From assembly GCF_035317785.1 (NCBI RefSeq), contig NZ_DATHGC010000382.1, forward strand, positions 33,098 through 97,097: a stretch of 64,000 nt of DNA. Reading direction: 5' to 3'. Source of the stretch: Pedobacter sp. GTDB taxonomy: Bacteria > Bacteroidota > Bacteroidia > Sphingobacteriales > Sphingobacteriaceae. This document shows, piece by piece, positions 1 through 8,750 of the stretch; the stretch's first letter is position 1, and each line of letters opens with the position of its first letter. The notes beneath the pieces were generated by a model. It was given only the letters and a program-made list of their open reading frames with translations, searched no databases and was not told where the DNA came from. Made by a program: the position numbers and the translations under genes.

Positions 1-807
1 AAAAATGTAGGCGAGTTCTTTGGCAACCTGGGCATTAAGATCCTGGAAGGATTCGGACTTACGGAAACCTCTCCGGTAATGGCCGTGACTGAATATCACA
101 GACAGGTATATGGAACGGTTGGCCGGGTAATACCGGGGATTGAGATCGGCATTCAGAATGTAGAGACCAAAGAAATGGTCAGCATCCAGACCCACGAATC
201 CTTTGACGAAAACTTTGAATGTGCTGAAGGTGAGATCATCGTAAGGGGCCATTGTGTCATGCAGGGGTATTTCAACAAACCTGCCGAAACTGCGGAGGCG
301 ATCGATAAGGATGACTGGTTTCATACCGGGGATATCGGCCGTTTTTACAAGGGCAATCTTCAGATCACTGACAGGCTTAAAAATATGATCGTAAATGCTT
401 ATGGCAAGAATGTTTATCCAACCCCTGTTGAAAACATCTATTTGAAAAGCCTTAAAATAGATCAGTTGTTCCTGATCGGTGACAAAAGAGAATACCTGAC
501 TGCAATAGTGGTCCCTAATAAAGAGAACCTGCAGGAGGCGTTCCAGCTGCCTGAATCCTTTTTTCAGCAACCTGATGTTTTTATTGACAACCAGGAGGTC
601 ATCGACTGGATCGGCCTGGACATCAAAAGACTCTCCAATGAACTTGCCAAATTTGAAAGGATAAAGAATTTCAAGGTAAAGCGCAATCCATTTAGCATGG
701 AAGAAGGGGAAATCACACCTACGCTTAAAGCAAAAAGAAAGGTGATTGAAAGCAAATATGCGGAGACCATCAACCAAATGTACACGGAAAGTGTTGAGGC
801 AGATTAA
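1..807 (+). CDS. Long-chain fatty acid-CoA ligase (AMP-dependent synthetase), 5'-truncated by the window edge
   Basis: Frame is open from base 1 (KNVGEFFGNLGIKILEGFGLTETSP). ANL motifs GLTET, WFHTGDIG, ITDRLKN and a C-terminal TPTLKAKRK. Confidence 0.9.
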   Translation, partial: KNVGEFFGNLGIKILEGFGLTETSPVMAVTEYHRQVYGTVGRVIPGIEIGIQNVETKEMVSIQTHESFDENFECAEGEIIVRGHCVMQGYFNKPAETAEAIDKDDWFHTGDIGRFYKGNLQITDRLKNMIVNAYGKNVYPTPVENIYLKSLKIDQLFLIGDKREYLTAIVVPNKENLQEAFQLPESFFQQPDVFIDNQEVIDWIGLDIKRLSNELAKFERIKNFKVKRNPFSMEEGEITPTLKAKRKVIESKYAETINQMYTESVEAD

Positions 808-895
808 GCTGATTTAAATCAGAAAAATGCCTATTTTTGCCAAAATTTTAATTATACACAAATAAACGTATACGGTCCGGCCGTATATATACGAT

Positions 896-2617
896 ATGAG
901 TACAGGACTATCAGAACTAGAGTTATTGCGCAGAAATTCGCTAAATCAACTCCGTGAATTGGGTATCGACCCTTATCCTGCTGAGGCATTTGACATCAAT
1001 GCCAACGCTGCAGACATTTTAGCAAATTATGACAGGGACAAGACCGCATACAAGAACATCAGCATCGCCGGCAGGATCATGTCCCGCAGGATCATGGGAA
1101 GTGCTTCTTTTGTGGAGCTGCAGGATTCAACAGGACGCCTTCAGATCTATCTGAAAAGGGATGATCTTTGCCCTCATGAAGATAAGACACTATACAACAC
1201 TGTTTTTAAGAAGCTGCTTGATCTTGGTGACTTCATTGGCGTAAAAGGTTATATGTTTACCACCCAGACCGGTGAGATCTCTTTACACGTTACTGATTTA
1301 AAGGTATTGGCAAAATCACTGAGACCATTACCCGTGGTAAGGCGTGATGAAGAGGGAAACATTTATGATGCATTTACCGATCCTGAACTGCGCTACAGAC
1401 AGCGTTATGTCGATCTTACCGTAAATCCGGGCTTCAAACAGATCTTTATCAACCGCTCAAAGGTGATCAACACCATGAGGAATTACTTTGATGAGCAGGG
1501 CTGGATGGAGGTAGAAACACCAATCCTTCAGCCTATTCACGGTGGTGCCGCAGCACGTCCGTTTGCTACCCATCACAATACACTGGATATGCCGCTATAC
1601 CTGCGCATCGCAAATGAACTTTATTTAAAGCGTTTGATCGTTGCGGGTTTTGACGGAGTGTATGAGTTTGGCAAGATGTTCCGCAATGAAGGAATGGACA
1701 GGACGCACAATCCGGAGTATACGTCAATGGAAATCTATGTAGCTTATAAAGATTATATCTGGATGATGGCCATGGTAGAGGAATGTTTTGAAAAAATAGC
1801 TATTGCCATACACGGTTCTGCTATTGTAACCGTTGGAGAACATCAGTTAAACTTTGAAGGTCCGTATGCAAAACTGACCATGTATGAGTCTATTGAGAAA
1901 TATACAGGAATTGATGTTTCTAAAATGACTGAAGAACAGTTGCAGGAAACCTGCAAAAGTCTTAACATCGAAATAGATTCCAGCATGGGACGCGGAAAAC
2001 TTGTCGATGAATTATTCAGCGAAAAAGTAGAAGCAAACCTGATTCAGCCAACTTATATCACAGATTATCCCCTGGAAATGACGCCTTTGGCGAAGAAACA
2101 TCGCAGCGAAGAAGGTCTTGTTGAAAGGTTTGAGCTTTTTGTATTGGGCAAAGAAATTGGGAACGCTTATTCCGAGCTCAACGATCCTATCGATCAAAGA
2201 GAAAGGTTTGAAGATCAATTAAAACTCGCTGCCAGAGGCGATGCTGAAGCGATGGCAATGGATGAGGATTTTATCCGCGCCCTGGAATATGGTATGCCGC
2301 CTACATCAGGCCTGGGCATAGGCATAGACCGTCTGGTGATGCTGATGACCAACCAGTCTACCATACAGGAGGTCTTGTTCTTCCCGCAGATGAGACCGGA
2401 GAAAAAAGCAAAGGCCGTAACAGATGAAGATTTTGTAAATGCCGGAGTCCCCGCTGAATGGGTTCAGGTGATCAGGAAAATGGGTATCAATACCATCGAA
2501 GATCTGAAAGCTGCAAATCCAAATAAGGTCTTCAATGACCTGGGCGGGATGCGCAAAAAGTTAAAACTGGAACTGGCCATGCCCTCAAAAGAAGAAGTAA
2601 CCGCCTGGTTCGCTTAA
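896..2617 (+). CDS. lysS: Lysine-tRNA ligase (class II) with a C-terminal helical extension
   Basis: Motifs YRQRYVDL, GGAAARPF, LRIANELYLKRL, FRNEG, HNPE and GMPPTSGLGIGIDRL. About 70 extra residues follow LFFPQMRPE. Confidence 0.98.
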   Translation: MSTGLSELELLRRNSLNQLRELGIDPYPAEAFDINANAADILANYDRDKTAYKNISIAGRIMSRRIMGSASFVELQDSTGRLQIYLKRDDLCPHEDKTLYNTVFKKLLDLGDFIGVKGYMFTTQTGEISLHVTDLKVLAKSLRPLPVVRRDEEGNIYDAFTDPELRYRQRYVDLTVNPGFKQIFINRSKVINTMRNYFDEQGWMEVETPILQPIHGGAAARPFATHHNTLDMPLYLRIANELYLKRLIVAGFDGVYEFGKMFRNEGMDRTHNPEYTSMEIYVAYKDYIWMMAMVEECFEKIAIAIHGSAIVTVGEHQLNFEGPYAKLTMYESIEKYTGIDVSKMTEEQLQETCKSLNIEIDSSMGRGKLVDELFSEKVEANLIQPTYITDYPLEMTPLAKKHRSEEGLVERFELFVLGKEIGNAYSELNDPIDQRERFEDQLKLAARGDAEAMAMDEDFIRALEYGMPPTSGLGIGIDRLVMLMTNQSTIQEVLFFPQMRPEKKAKAVTDEDFVNAGVPAEWVQVIRKMGINTIEDLKAANPNKVFNDLGGMRKKLKLELAMPSKEEVTAWFA

Positions 2618-2679
2618 AAGCCCTTCCAACCGTCAAAAAGGCCGATCTGTCCGGTTAACAATAATATAACATAAAGTTA

Positions 2680-2711
2680 AAGGCTTGCTACATAAACTGA
2701 TAGCAAGCCTT
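2680..2711 (+). terminator. Stem-loop after lysS, probable terminator
   Basis: AAGGCTTGCTA-10 nt-TAGCAAGCCTT perfect 11-bp stem with only a weak U-tract. Confidence 0.5.
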
Positions 2712-2744
2712 GTTAATTTTACGGCATATTAAAAATGAAATATT

Positions 2745-2963
2745 ATGAACAGTTCATGCCTTGAAATAAACGAAAAAGAATACTGTATAAAATTGAGCAA
2801 AGACACATTTGATTTGACTCTTGTACGCCAGCTCATCACCAGAATTCAATCAGAACAGTTGTTCTTCAGTAAAAAGAAGACCTATATGGAAGACGATGAC
2901 ATCATCAGCAGAACATCAAGCTATGACGGAAACGACAACTTTGATGATTTAAATGAAAAATAA
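2745..2963 (+). CDS. Small hypothetical protein (72 aa, acidic C-terminus)
   Basis: ATG preceded by an A-rich initiation region. The ORF fills the intergenic gap; no family recognised. Confidence 0.65.
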   Translation: MNSSCLEINEKEYCIKLSKDTFDLTLVRQLITRIQSEQLFFSKKKTYMEDDDIISRTSSYDGNDNFDDLNEK

Positions 2964-2965
2964 CC

Positions 2966-3505
2966 TTAGCGGTACCTCACCTGTTGCTGTTTGTCCAGCA
3001 TTCCCAGCTGGTCCTTCATTTGTTTAATCTGATCAGCAAGTAATTTATTTTTATCTGCCTTTTTAGCTTCAGTTAAATACATCTGAGCTTCCCTTTTATT
3101 TCTTTTGGCCATCGCAATACCGGCCAGGCTTAATTTAGCCAGAGCAATGTTATGGTCCATGTGCAGGCCTAAAGAAATTGATTTCTTAAAATATTTCTCC
3201 GATTGCATTGGTGCCCTTCTGGATTCTATCAGTCCGATCAGTAAATTATAGTAACCGTGCTGCACCCTGATCAGCTGTTTTTCATAGTTGGTGATCTTGT
3301 TCAAAAAAGCCTCAGCTTTTGGCATATTGTCTTTTCTCAGGAACCACTGGGCAAGCAGCATGTTCTCATTAAAGAAATAAGTAACAAATACCAGGAGACT
3401 TAAAAACACACCCAGGATGCCCCAGCCCCAAAAGCTGGTAAAAAATATAGCAATGGAAGCTCCCAACACCACAAAACCTATAATAAGACGAACAATATTT
3501 GGCAT
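2966..3505 (-). CDS. Membrane protein with two N-terminal TM helices and a TPR-like C-terminus
   Basis: Hydrophobic N-terminus (MPNIVRLIIG...) followed by TPR-like helices (AEAFL, SEKYFKKS, EAQMYLTEAKK). Start moved to the ATG at 3505. Confidence 0.8.
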   Translation of the reverse strand: MPNIVRLIIGFVVLGASIAIFFTSFWGWGILGVFLSLLVFVTYFFNENMLLAQWFLRKDNMPKAEAFLNKITNYEKQLIRVQHGYYNLLIGLIESRRAPMQSEKYFKKSISLGLHMDHNIALAKLSLAGIAMAKRNKREAQMYLTEAKKADKNKLLADQIKQMKDQLGMLDKQQQVRYR

Positions 3506-3689
3506 ATCTCTCTGTAATTTTTTTTGCAAATATCGTGTTTAAATACCAAAAAGCAGATTTAAAATTATAATTTCAGCAAAAAAAGAAATCAATGTAATTG
3601 TCTTTTAAGTCCGTGGTTTTTAAAACAGACCCGGCTGCTTTCAGAAAAAAATAAGTATACATTATGAATAGACCCCTTAAAGAAATAGC

Positions 3690-4367
3690 ATGTCCGTAAA
3701 ATTAGAACAAAGCTGGCTGCGCTTATTGGGTGATGAATTTGACAAGGCTTATATGAAAACCCTTAAGGCTTTTTTGCTGGAAGAAAAACAAAGCGGAGCC
3801 ACGGTATACCCAAAAAACGCAGATATTTTTAACGCGCTGGACCATACCCCTTTTGATAAAGTCAAAGTGGTCATCCTCGGACAAGACCCTTATCATGGCA
3901 CTGGTCAGGCACACGGGCTTTCCTTTTCCGTACAAAAAGGAATAGCCATCCCGCCCTCATTAAAGAATATCTATAAAGAACTGTCTGAGGACATACCGGG
4001 TTTTAAAGCTCCGGCGCATGGAGATTTGACAAAATGGGCGGATGAGGGTGTTTTACTTTTAAATGCTACGCTAACCGTGCGGGCGCATGAGGCGGGCTCA
4101 CATCAGGGCAAGGGCTGGGAAATATTTACAGATATGGTCATCAGCAAATTATCTGAACAGCGTGAAGGTCTGGTTTTCTTACTTTGGGGCAGGTATGCCC
4201 AAAACAAATCGGAACTGATAGATGGGAAAAAGCACACGGTGCTAAAGGCTGCCCACCCTTCTCCGTTCTCTGCCTATAATGGCTTTTTTGGCTGCGCCCA
4301 TTTTTCCAGGACCAATGAGATCTTACTTAAAGAAGGAAAAAGTCCGGTAGACTGGCAAATCACTTAA
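3690..4367 (+). CDS. ung: Uracil-DNA glycosylase
   Basis: GQDPYH, GLSFSV, GVLLLNATLTV and HPSP motifs. Confidence 0.98.
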   Translation: MSVKLEQSWLRLLGDEFDKAYMKTLKAFLLEEKQSGATVYPKNADIFNALDHTPFDKVKVVILGQDPYHGTGQAHGLSFSVQKGIAIPPSLKNIYKELSEDIPGFKAPAHGDLTKWADEGVLLLNATLTVRAHEAGSHQGKGWEIFTDMVISKLSEQREGLVFLLWGRYAQNKSELIDGKKHTVLKAAHPSPFSAYNGFFGCAHFSRTNEILLKEGKSPVDWQIT

Positions 4368-4834
4368 TATTCCAGGGGTACTATCGGCTCTTTCTTGGTG
4401 GTTGACATGATCATCATGGTCTGAAAGGTCTTTACTACTGAAATCTTGCTGATTTTATCCATAATCAATCGCTCGTATGCTTTAATGTCATTTACATAGA
4501 CCTTGAGGAGAAAATCTGCCTGACCGGTCACATGGTGACATTCTGTAATTTCTTTGATCTGGTTCACCTCATCTAAAAAGATCTGTATGGTGTTGTTTTT
4601 GTGGAAATCCAGCTGAACCTGTATAAAAGTTTTAATTCCCAGACCTAGTTTTTCTTCATCAACCAGGGCATGATAACTCTTAATAAAACCGGAAGTTTCC
4701 AGTTTACGTACCCGCTCCAGTGTAGGTGCCGGCGATAATCCGATCTCCTGTGATAGCAATAAGTTGGTCATCCGACCATTTTCCTGTAGTAGTTTTAAGA
4801 TCTTAAAATCTGTTTTATCTAGTTCTCCAGCCAT
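4364..4834 (-). CDS. Lrp/AsnC family transcriptional regulator
   Basis: LDKTDFKILKLLQENGR HTH, ERVRKLE and ECHHVTG motifs. Confidence 0.95.
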   Translation of the reverse strand: MAGELDKTDFKILKLLQENGRMTNLLLSQEIGLSPAPTLERVRKLETSGFIKSYHALVDEEKLGLGIKTFIQVQLDFHKNNTIQIFLDEVNQIKEITECHHVTGQADFLLKVYVNDIKAYERLIMDKISKISVVKTFQTMMIMSTTKKEPIVPLEY

Positions 4835-4938
4835 GGTAAATTTTTATATCGGGTCAAAGATAACGTATAGGCGCACACTTTGCCAAATTTTATTCTATAA
4901 TATCTGTGTTTTTTTATAGCTTATTTTACAAAATGTTT

Positions 4939-4954
4939 TTTAGATTTGTCTAAA
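4939..4954. promoter_or_regulatory. Putative MntR/DtxR operator palindrome
   Basis: TTTAGA-TTTG-TCTAAA inverted repeat 20 bp upstream of the mntR start; resembles DtxR-family boxes. Confidence 0.65.
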
Positions 4955-4974
4955 CTTTTAGTTAGATAAATAAA

Positions 4975-5628
4975 ATGCAGTCATTCACAGAGGAGAATTA
5001 TCTTAAAATCATTTACCATCTGTCCAGCGACACAGACGCCCCTGTACAGACCAATGCCATTGCGGAAAGAATGGGTACAAAAGCCGCATCGGTAACTGAT
5101 ATGATAAAAAAACTAGCTGATAAACAATTGATTATTTATCAAAAGTACCAGGGTGTAAAGTTAACGGATACGGGCAGGCGAACTGCAATAAACATTGTCC
5201 GCAAACACAGGCTCTGGGAGGTCTTTCTGGTGGAAAAACTCAGCTTTAAATGGGACGAGGTCCATGATATTGCAGAAGAACTGGAACACATTAATTCCGC
5301 TGAACTGATTGAAAGGCTGGATGAATTCCTGGCGTTCCCCAAAAACGACCCTCACGGCGACCCGATACCTGATAAAGAAGGTAAATTTGATTCCGCCTCT
5401 TTTATTAAACTCAACAAGTTAAAGATCAATGACCAGGGACTCGTGATGGGTGTAAGCGAACATTCTTCTGCTTTCTTAAAACACCTTGAAAAACTTGGTC
5501 TTACACTTGGAAAACTGGTAAAAGTGACAGACATCACCGATTTTGACGGGTCTATCGAACTATTGGTGGAAAGCAAAAAAATAAACCTCAGCCGTGAAGT
5601 GGCCAAACATATCCTCATTAAAGCATAA
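4975..5628 (+). CDS. mntR: DtxR/MntR family metal-dependent regulator with FeoA-like C-terminal domain
   Basis: EENYLKIIY, RKHRLWEVFL, AEELEH and DPHGDPIP motifs; adjacent to an Nramp gene. Confidence 0.92.
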   Translation: MQSFTEENYLKIIYHLSSDTDAPVQTNAIAERMGTKAASVTDMIKKLADKQLIIYQKYQGVKLTDTGRRTAINIVRKHRLWEVFLVEKLSFKWDEVHDIAEELEHINSAELIERLDEFLAFPKNDPHGDPIPDKEGKFDSASFIKLNKLKINDQGLVMGVSEHSSAFLKHLEKLGLTLGKLVKVTDITDFDGSIELLVESKKINLSREVAKHILIKA

Positions 5629-5629
5629 C

Positions 5630-7507
5630 ATGAAGCAAAATGATTACAATAAGCAGGCGCAGTCACTAAGCGAAGTCCACCAAAGTGTGGATACCAGCAA
5701 GCGCACAGGATGGAAGCGGATACTTTCATTTATCGGTCCGGCCTACCTGGTTAGTGTGGGCTATATGGATCCCGGCAACTGGGCTACGGATATAGCGGGA
5801 GGAAGTAAGTTTGGCTACCAGCTGATCTGGATCCTGCTGATGTCCAACCTCATTGCCCTGCTCCTGCAGTCACTAAGCGCGCGTCTTGGAATAGTGCGGG
5901 GTCTGGACCTTGCGCAGGCATCGCGAAACGGCTACCCGCGCTGGGTGAACTTCCCATTGTTTGTTTTGGCCCAAACTGCTATCGTCGCCTGCGATCTGGC
6001 AGAGGTCATTGGGATGGCCATAGGGCTGAACCTTTTATTCGGGCTGCCCTTGATATGGGGGATCAGCATTACCATATTTGACACGGTACTGCTGCTTTTC
6101 CTGCTCAACAAGGGGATGCGTAAAATGGAAAGCTTTATCGTCTCTATGGTTTTTATTGTCGGGGTTTCTTTTTTAATAGAGATGTTTATCGTCGAACCTT
6201 CATTAAAAGAGATTGCCGCCGGATTTGAGCCGTCTATATTATCCGGAGATGCTTTATATATTGCCATAGGAATCATCGGTGCCACTGTGATGCCGCATAA
6301 TCTCTATCTCCACTCCTCTCTGGTGCAGACCAGGAAATTCGAAAGGGATGACAAAGGCATCAAAGAAGCTATAAAATTTAATTTCATAGACACTGCGGTT
6401 GCACTTAACCTTGCTTTTTTCGTAAATGCAGCAATCCTGATCCTTGCGGCTGCAGCCTTTTTTAAGAACGGGCTGTATGAAGTTGCAGAAATACAGGATG
6501 CCCACCAGCTGCTTCAGAATATATTTGGGAGCGTTGCCCCTGCATTATTTGCGATAGCGCTAATTGCCGCAGGCCAAAGCTCAACAGTGACAGGAACCCT
6601 GGCAGGACAAATTGTAATGGAAGGTCACATTAAACTGCGTATCCAACCCTGGCTCCGCCGCCTTATTACCCGTCTGCTCGCCATCATTCCTGCGTTTTTT
6701 ACAATCCTGTATTTTGGCAATGAGGCACTTGGAGGCCTGTTGATATTGAGCCAGGTCGTACTCAGCCTGCAGCTTGGATTTGCTGTCATCCCTTTGATCC
6801 ATTTCACCTCCGATAAAAAGACCATGAAAGGTTTTGCCATAAAACCATGGGTTAAAATTCTGGCTTGGATCAGTTCAGTGGTCATCGTTTCGCTAAATGT
6901 AAAGCTGGTCATTGAAGAGATCAGCAGCTGGGGCGCCGGCGGGGGCTGGTACGTATACACCATCATCGTTCCGCTTACTATAATGATTGGCTTGTTGCTG
7001 CTGTTCATTTTTATTTATCCGCTCATCAACTCCCGTAAAAGAGAGGTCAATGCTGCCCCGCATGGCAACGCACTCAACATTCAGGAAGTTGAGAAGATCA
7101 ATTATACCCGTATTGGCATTACCGTAGACTTTTCAAAGAACGACCGGAACACCATCAGGCATGCACTGATACAGGGAGGTAAGAACGCGCATTATTACCT
7201 GATCCATGTGGTAGAGACGGCAGTAGCCCGTTATCATGGCAATTCTGCGCTGGACTATGAAACACTGAGCGACGCAGAGAACCTGGAAAAATACCGGGCC
7301 AATCTCAAAGAGCTTGGTTACGAATCCACTGCTCACATCGGCTACGGCGGAACTGTCAAGGCAATTGTAGACATCACCGAAGAAAACAGGCTCGAACTGC
7401 TGGTCATGGGGGCGCACGGACACAAGGGATTAAAAGACCTGATCCTTGGAACTACGGTCAATTCTGTACGTCACAAAGTAGCTATTCCTGTACTTATTGT
7501 AAGATAA
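5630..7507 (+). CDS. mntH: Nramp divalent metal (Mn2+) transporter with C-terminal universal-stress-protein domain
   Basis: YMDPGNW, MPHNLYLHS and GQSSTVTGTLAGQ motifs. C-terminal USP signature LLVMGAHGH...LGTTVNSV...PVLIVR. ATG lies 1 nt after the mntR stop. Confidence 0.95.
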   Translation: MKQNDYNKQAQSLSEVHQSVDTSKRTGWKRILSFIGPAYLVSVGYMDPGNWATDIAGGSKFGYQLIWILLMSNLIALLLQSLSARLGIVRGLDLAQASRNGYPRWVNFPLFVLAQTAIVACDLAEVIGMAIGLNLLFGLPLIWGISITIFDTVLLLFLLNKGMRKMESFIVSMVFIVGVSFLIEMFIVEPSLKEIAAGFEPSILSGDALYIAIGIIGATVMPHNLYLHSSLVQTRKFERDDKGIKEAIKFNFIDTAVALNLAFFVNAAILILAAAAFFKNGLYEVAEIQDAHQLLQNIFGSVAPALFAIALIAAGQSSTVTGTLAGQIVMEGHIKLRIQPWLRRLITRLLAIIPAFFTILYFGNEALGGLLILSQVVLSLQLGFAVIPLIHFTSDKKTMKGFAIKPWVKILAWISSVVIVSLNVKLVIEEISSWGAGGGWYVYTIIVPLTIMIGLLLLFIFIYPLINSRKREVNAAPHGNALNIQEVEKINYTRIGITVDFSKNDRNTIRHALIQGGKNAHYYLIHVVETAVARYHGNSALDYETLSDAENLEKYRANLKELGYESTAHIGYGGTVKAIVDITEENRLELLVMGAHGHKGLKDLILGTTVNSVRHKVAIPVLIVR

Positions 7508-7530
7508 AATTGAGATATTAGCCGATTCTT

Positions 7531-7980
7531 ATGAAGAACGACATCCAGATAAAAAATAAAAGGGCCTTTTTTGACTACCACATCGTTGAAAATTTCAACG
7601 CCGGTATCGCTTTGCTGGGTACCGAAATAAAAGCCATCAGACAGGGCAAAGCAAATATGTCTGATGCATTTTGTATGTTCATCGGCAATATTCTTTACGT
7701 TAGAAACCTTCATATTTCCGAATACAGCCACAGTTCCTTTTTCCATCACGACATCAAGCGCGACAGGGTGCTGCTATTGCAAAAAAAGGAACTCAAAAAA
7801 CTAAAAGCAAAAAGCGAGGAGAAGGGCTATACGATAGTTCCGCTTCGGATTTTCACCAATGAGCGCGGTTTTGCCAAGATAGAGATCGCACTGGCCCAGG
7901 GCAAGAAAGAGTTTGACAAAAGAGACAGCATTAAAGACCGTGAATCCAAAAGAGAGATGGACCGGGCGATGAAGGTATAA
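7531..7980 (+). CDS. smpB: SsrA-binding protein
   Basis: NKRAFFDY, AGIALLGTEIKAIR and GKKEFDKR motifs. Confidence 0.98.
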   Translation: MKNDIQIKNKRAFFDYHIVENFNAGIALLGTEIKAIRQGKANMSDAFCMFIGNILYVRNLHISEYSHSSFFHHDIKRDRVLLLQKKELKKLKAKSEEKGYTIVPLRIFTNERGFAKIEIALAQGKKEFDKRDSIKDRESKREMDRAMKV

Positions 7981-7996
7981 CATCCGGATCAATAAG

Positions 7997-8653
7997 CTAC
8001 CAGGCCTGATCACCCACCAAGGGTACAAACCTGAATGTATCCAGTTCTATCCGTTCAAAATCTGTTTCACTGGCGCGGATTACCGTAATCATCTTTTGTG
8101 AATGCTCATCACCAACAGGAATCACGAGAATGCCGCCTATTTTCAACTGCTTCAACAGTACCTCAGGCACAAAAGGTGCACCGGCAGTTACAATGATTTT
8201 GTCATAGGGCGCATGTGCTGGAATGCCTTTGGAACCATCACCAAAAAAGAAATGTGCGTTGTAACCCATTCCCGGCAATACCCTTATGGTATGTCTGTAA
8301 ATGCTTTCCTGTCTTTCTATGGTATAAACATTGGCACCCAGTTCCATCAGTATGCAGGTCTGATAACCCGATCCGGTGCCGATTTCTAAAACTTTATCGC
8401 CCTTTTTGATGTGCAGCAGCTCGCTTTGATAAGCCACAGTATAAGGTTGGGAGATGGTCTGCCCGTCACCTATCGGAAAGGCGATATCTTTATAGGCCTG
8501 GTTCCAGAAGGTTTCATCAAAAAAGAAGTGACGGGGTACCTTTCCAATTGCTTTAAGCACATTTTTATCTGCAATCCCCCTGGCCTCCAAATGTACCACC
8601 AGCTTCTTTCTTGCGCCCTGCTCCCTGTAATTGTCAACAAACTTATATGCCAT
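7997..8653 (-). CDS. pcm: Protein-L-isoaspartate O-methyltransferase
   Basis: VPRHFF, QTISQP, VLEIGTGSGY, APYDKIIVTA and RFVPLV motifs. Confidence 0.97.
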   Translation of the reverse strand: MAYKFVDNYREQGARKKLVVHLEARGIADKNVLKAIGKVPRHFFFDETFWNQAYKDIAFPIGDGQTISQPYTVAYQSELLHIKKGDKVLEIGTGSGYQTCILMELGANVYTIERQESIYRHTIRVLPGMGYNAHFFFGDGSKGIPAHAPYDKIIVTAGAPFVPEVLLKQLKIGGILVIPVGDEHSQKMITVIRASETDFERIELDTFRFVPLVGDQAW

Positions 8654-8750
8654 ACTACCCCAAAAATAGCTTTTTGAATCTTAATATACTGAACAAACTG
8701 CTGACATTAAATAAAAAGCTGCTAACAAACACTGAATCAATTGCAATAAA

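Noticed and set aside
2395-2617. LysS C-terminal extension as a novelty
   Set aside because: A similar helical extension is common in Bacteroidota LysS.
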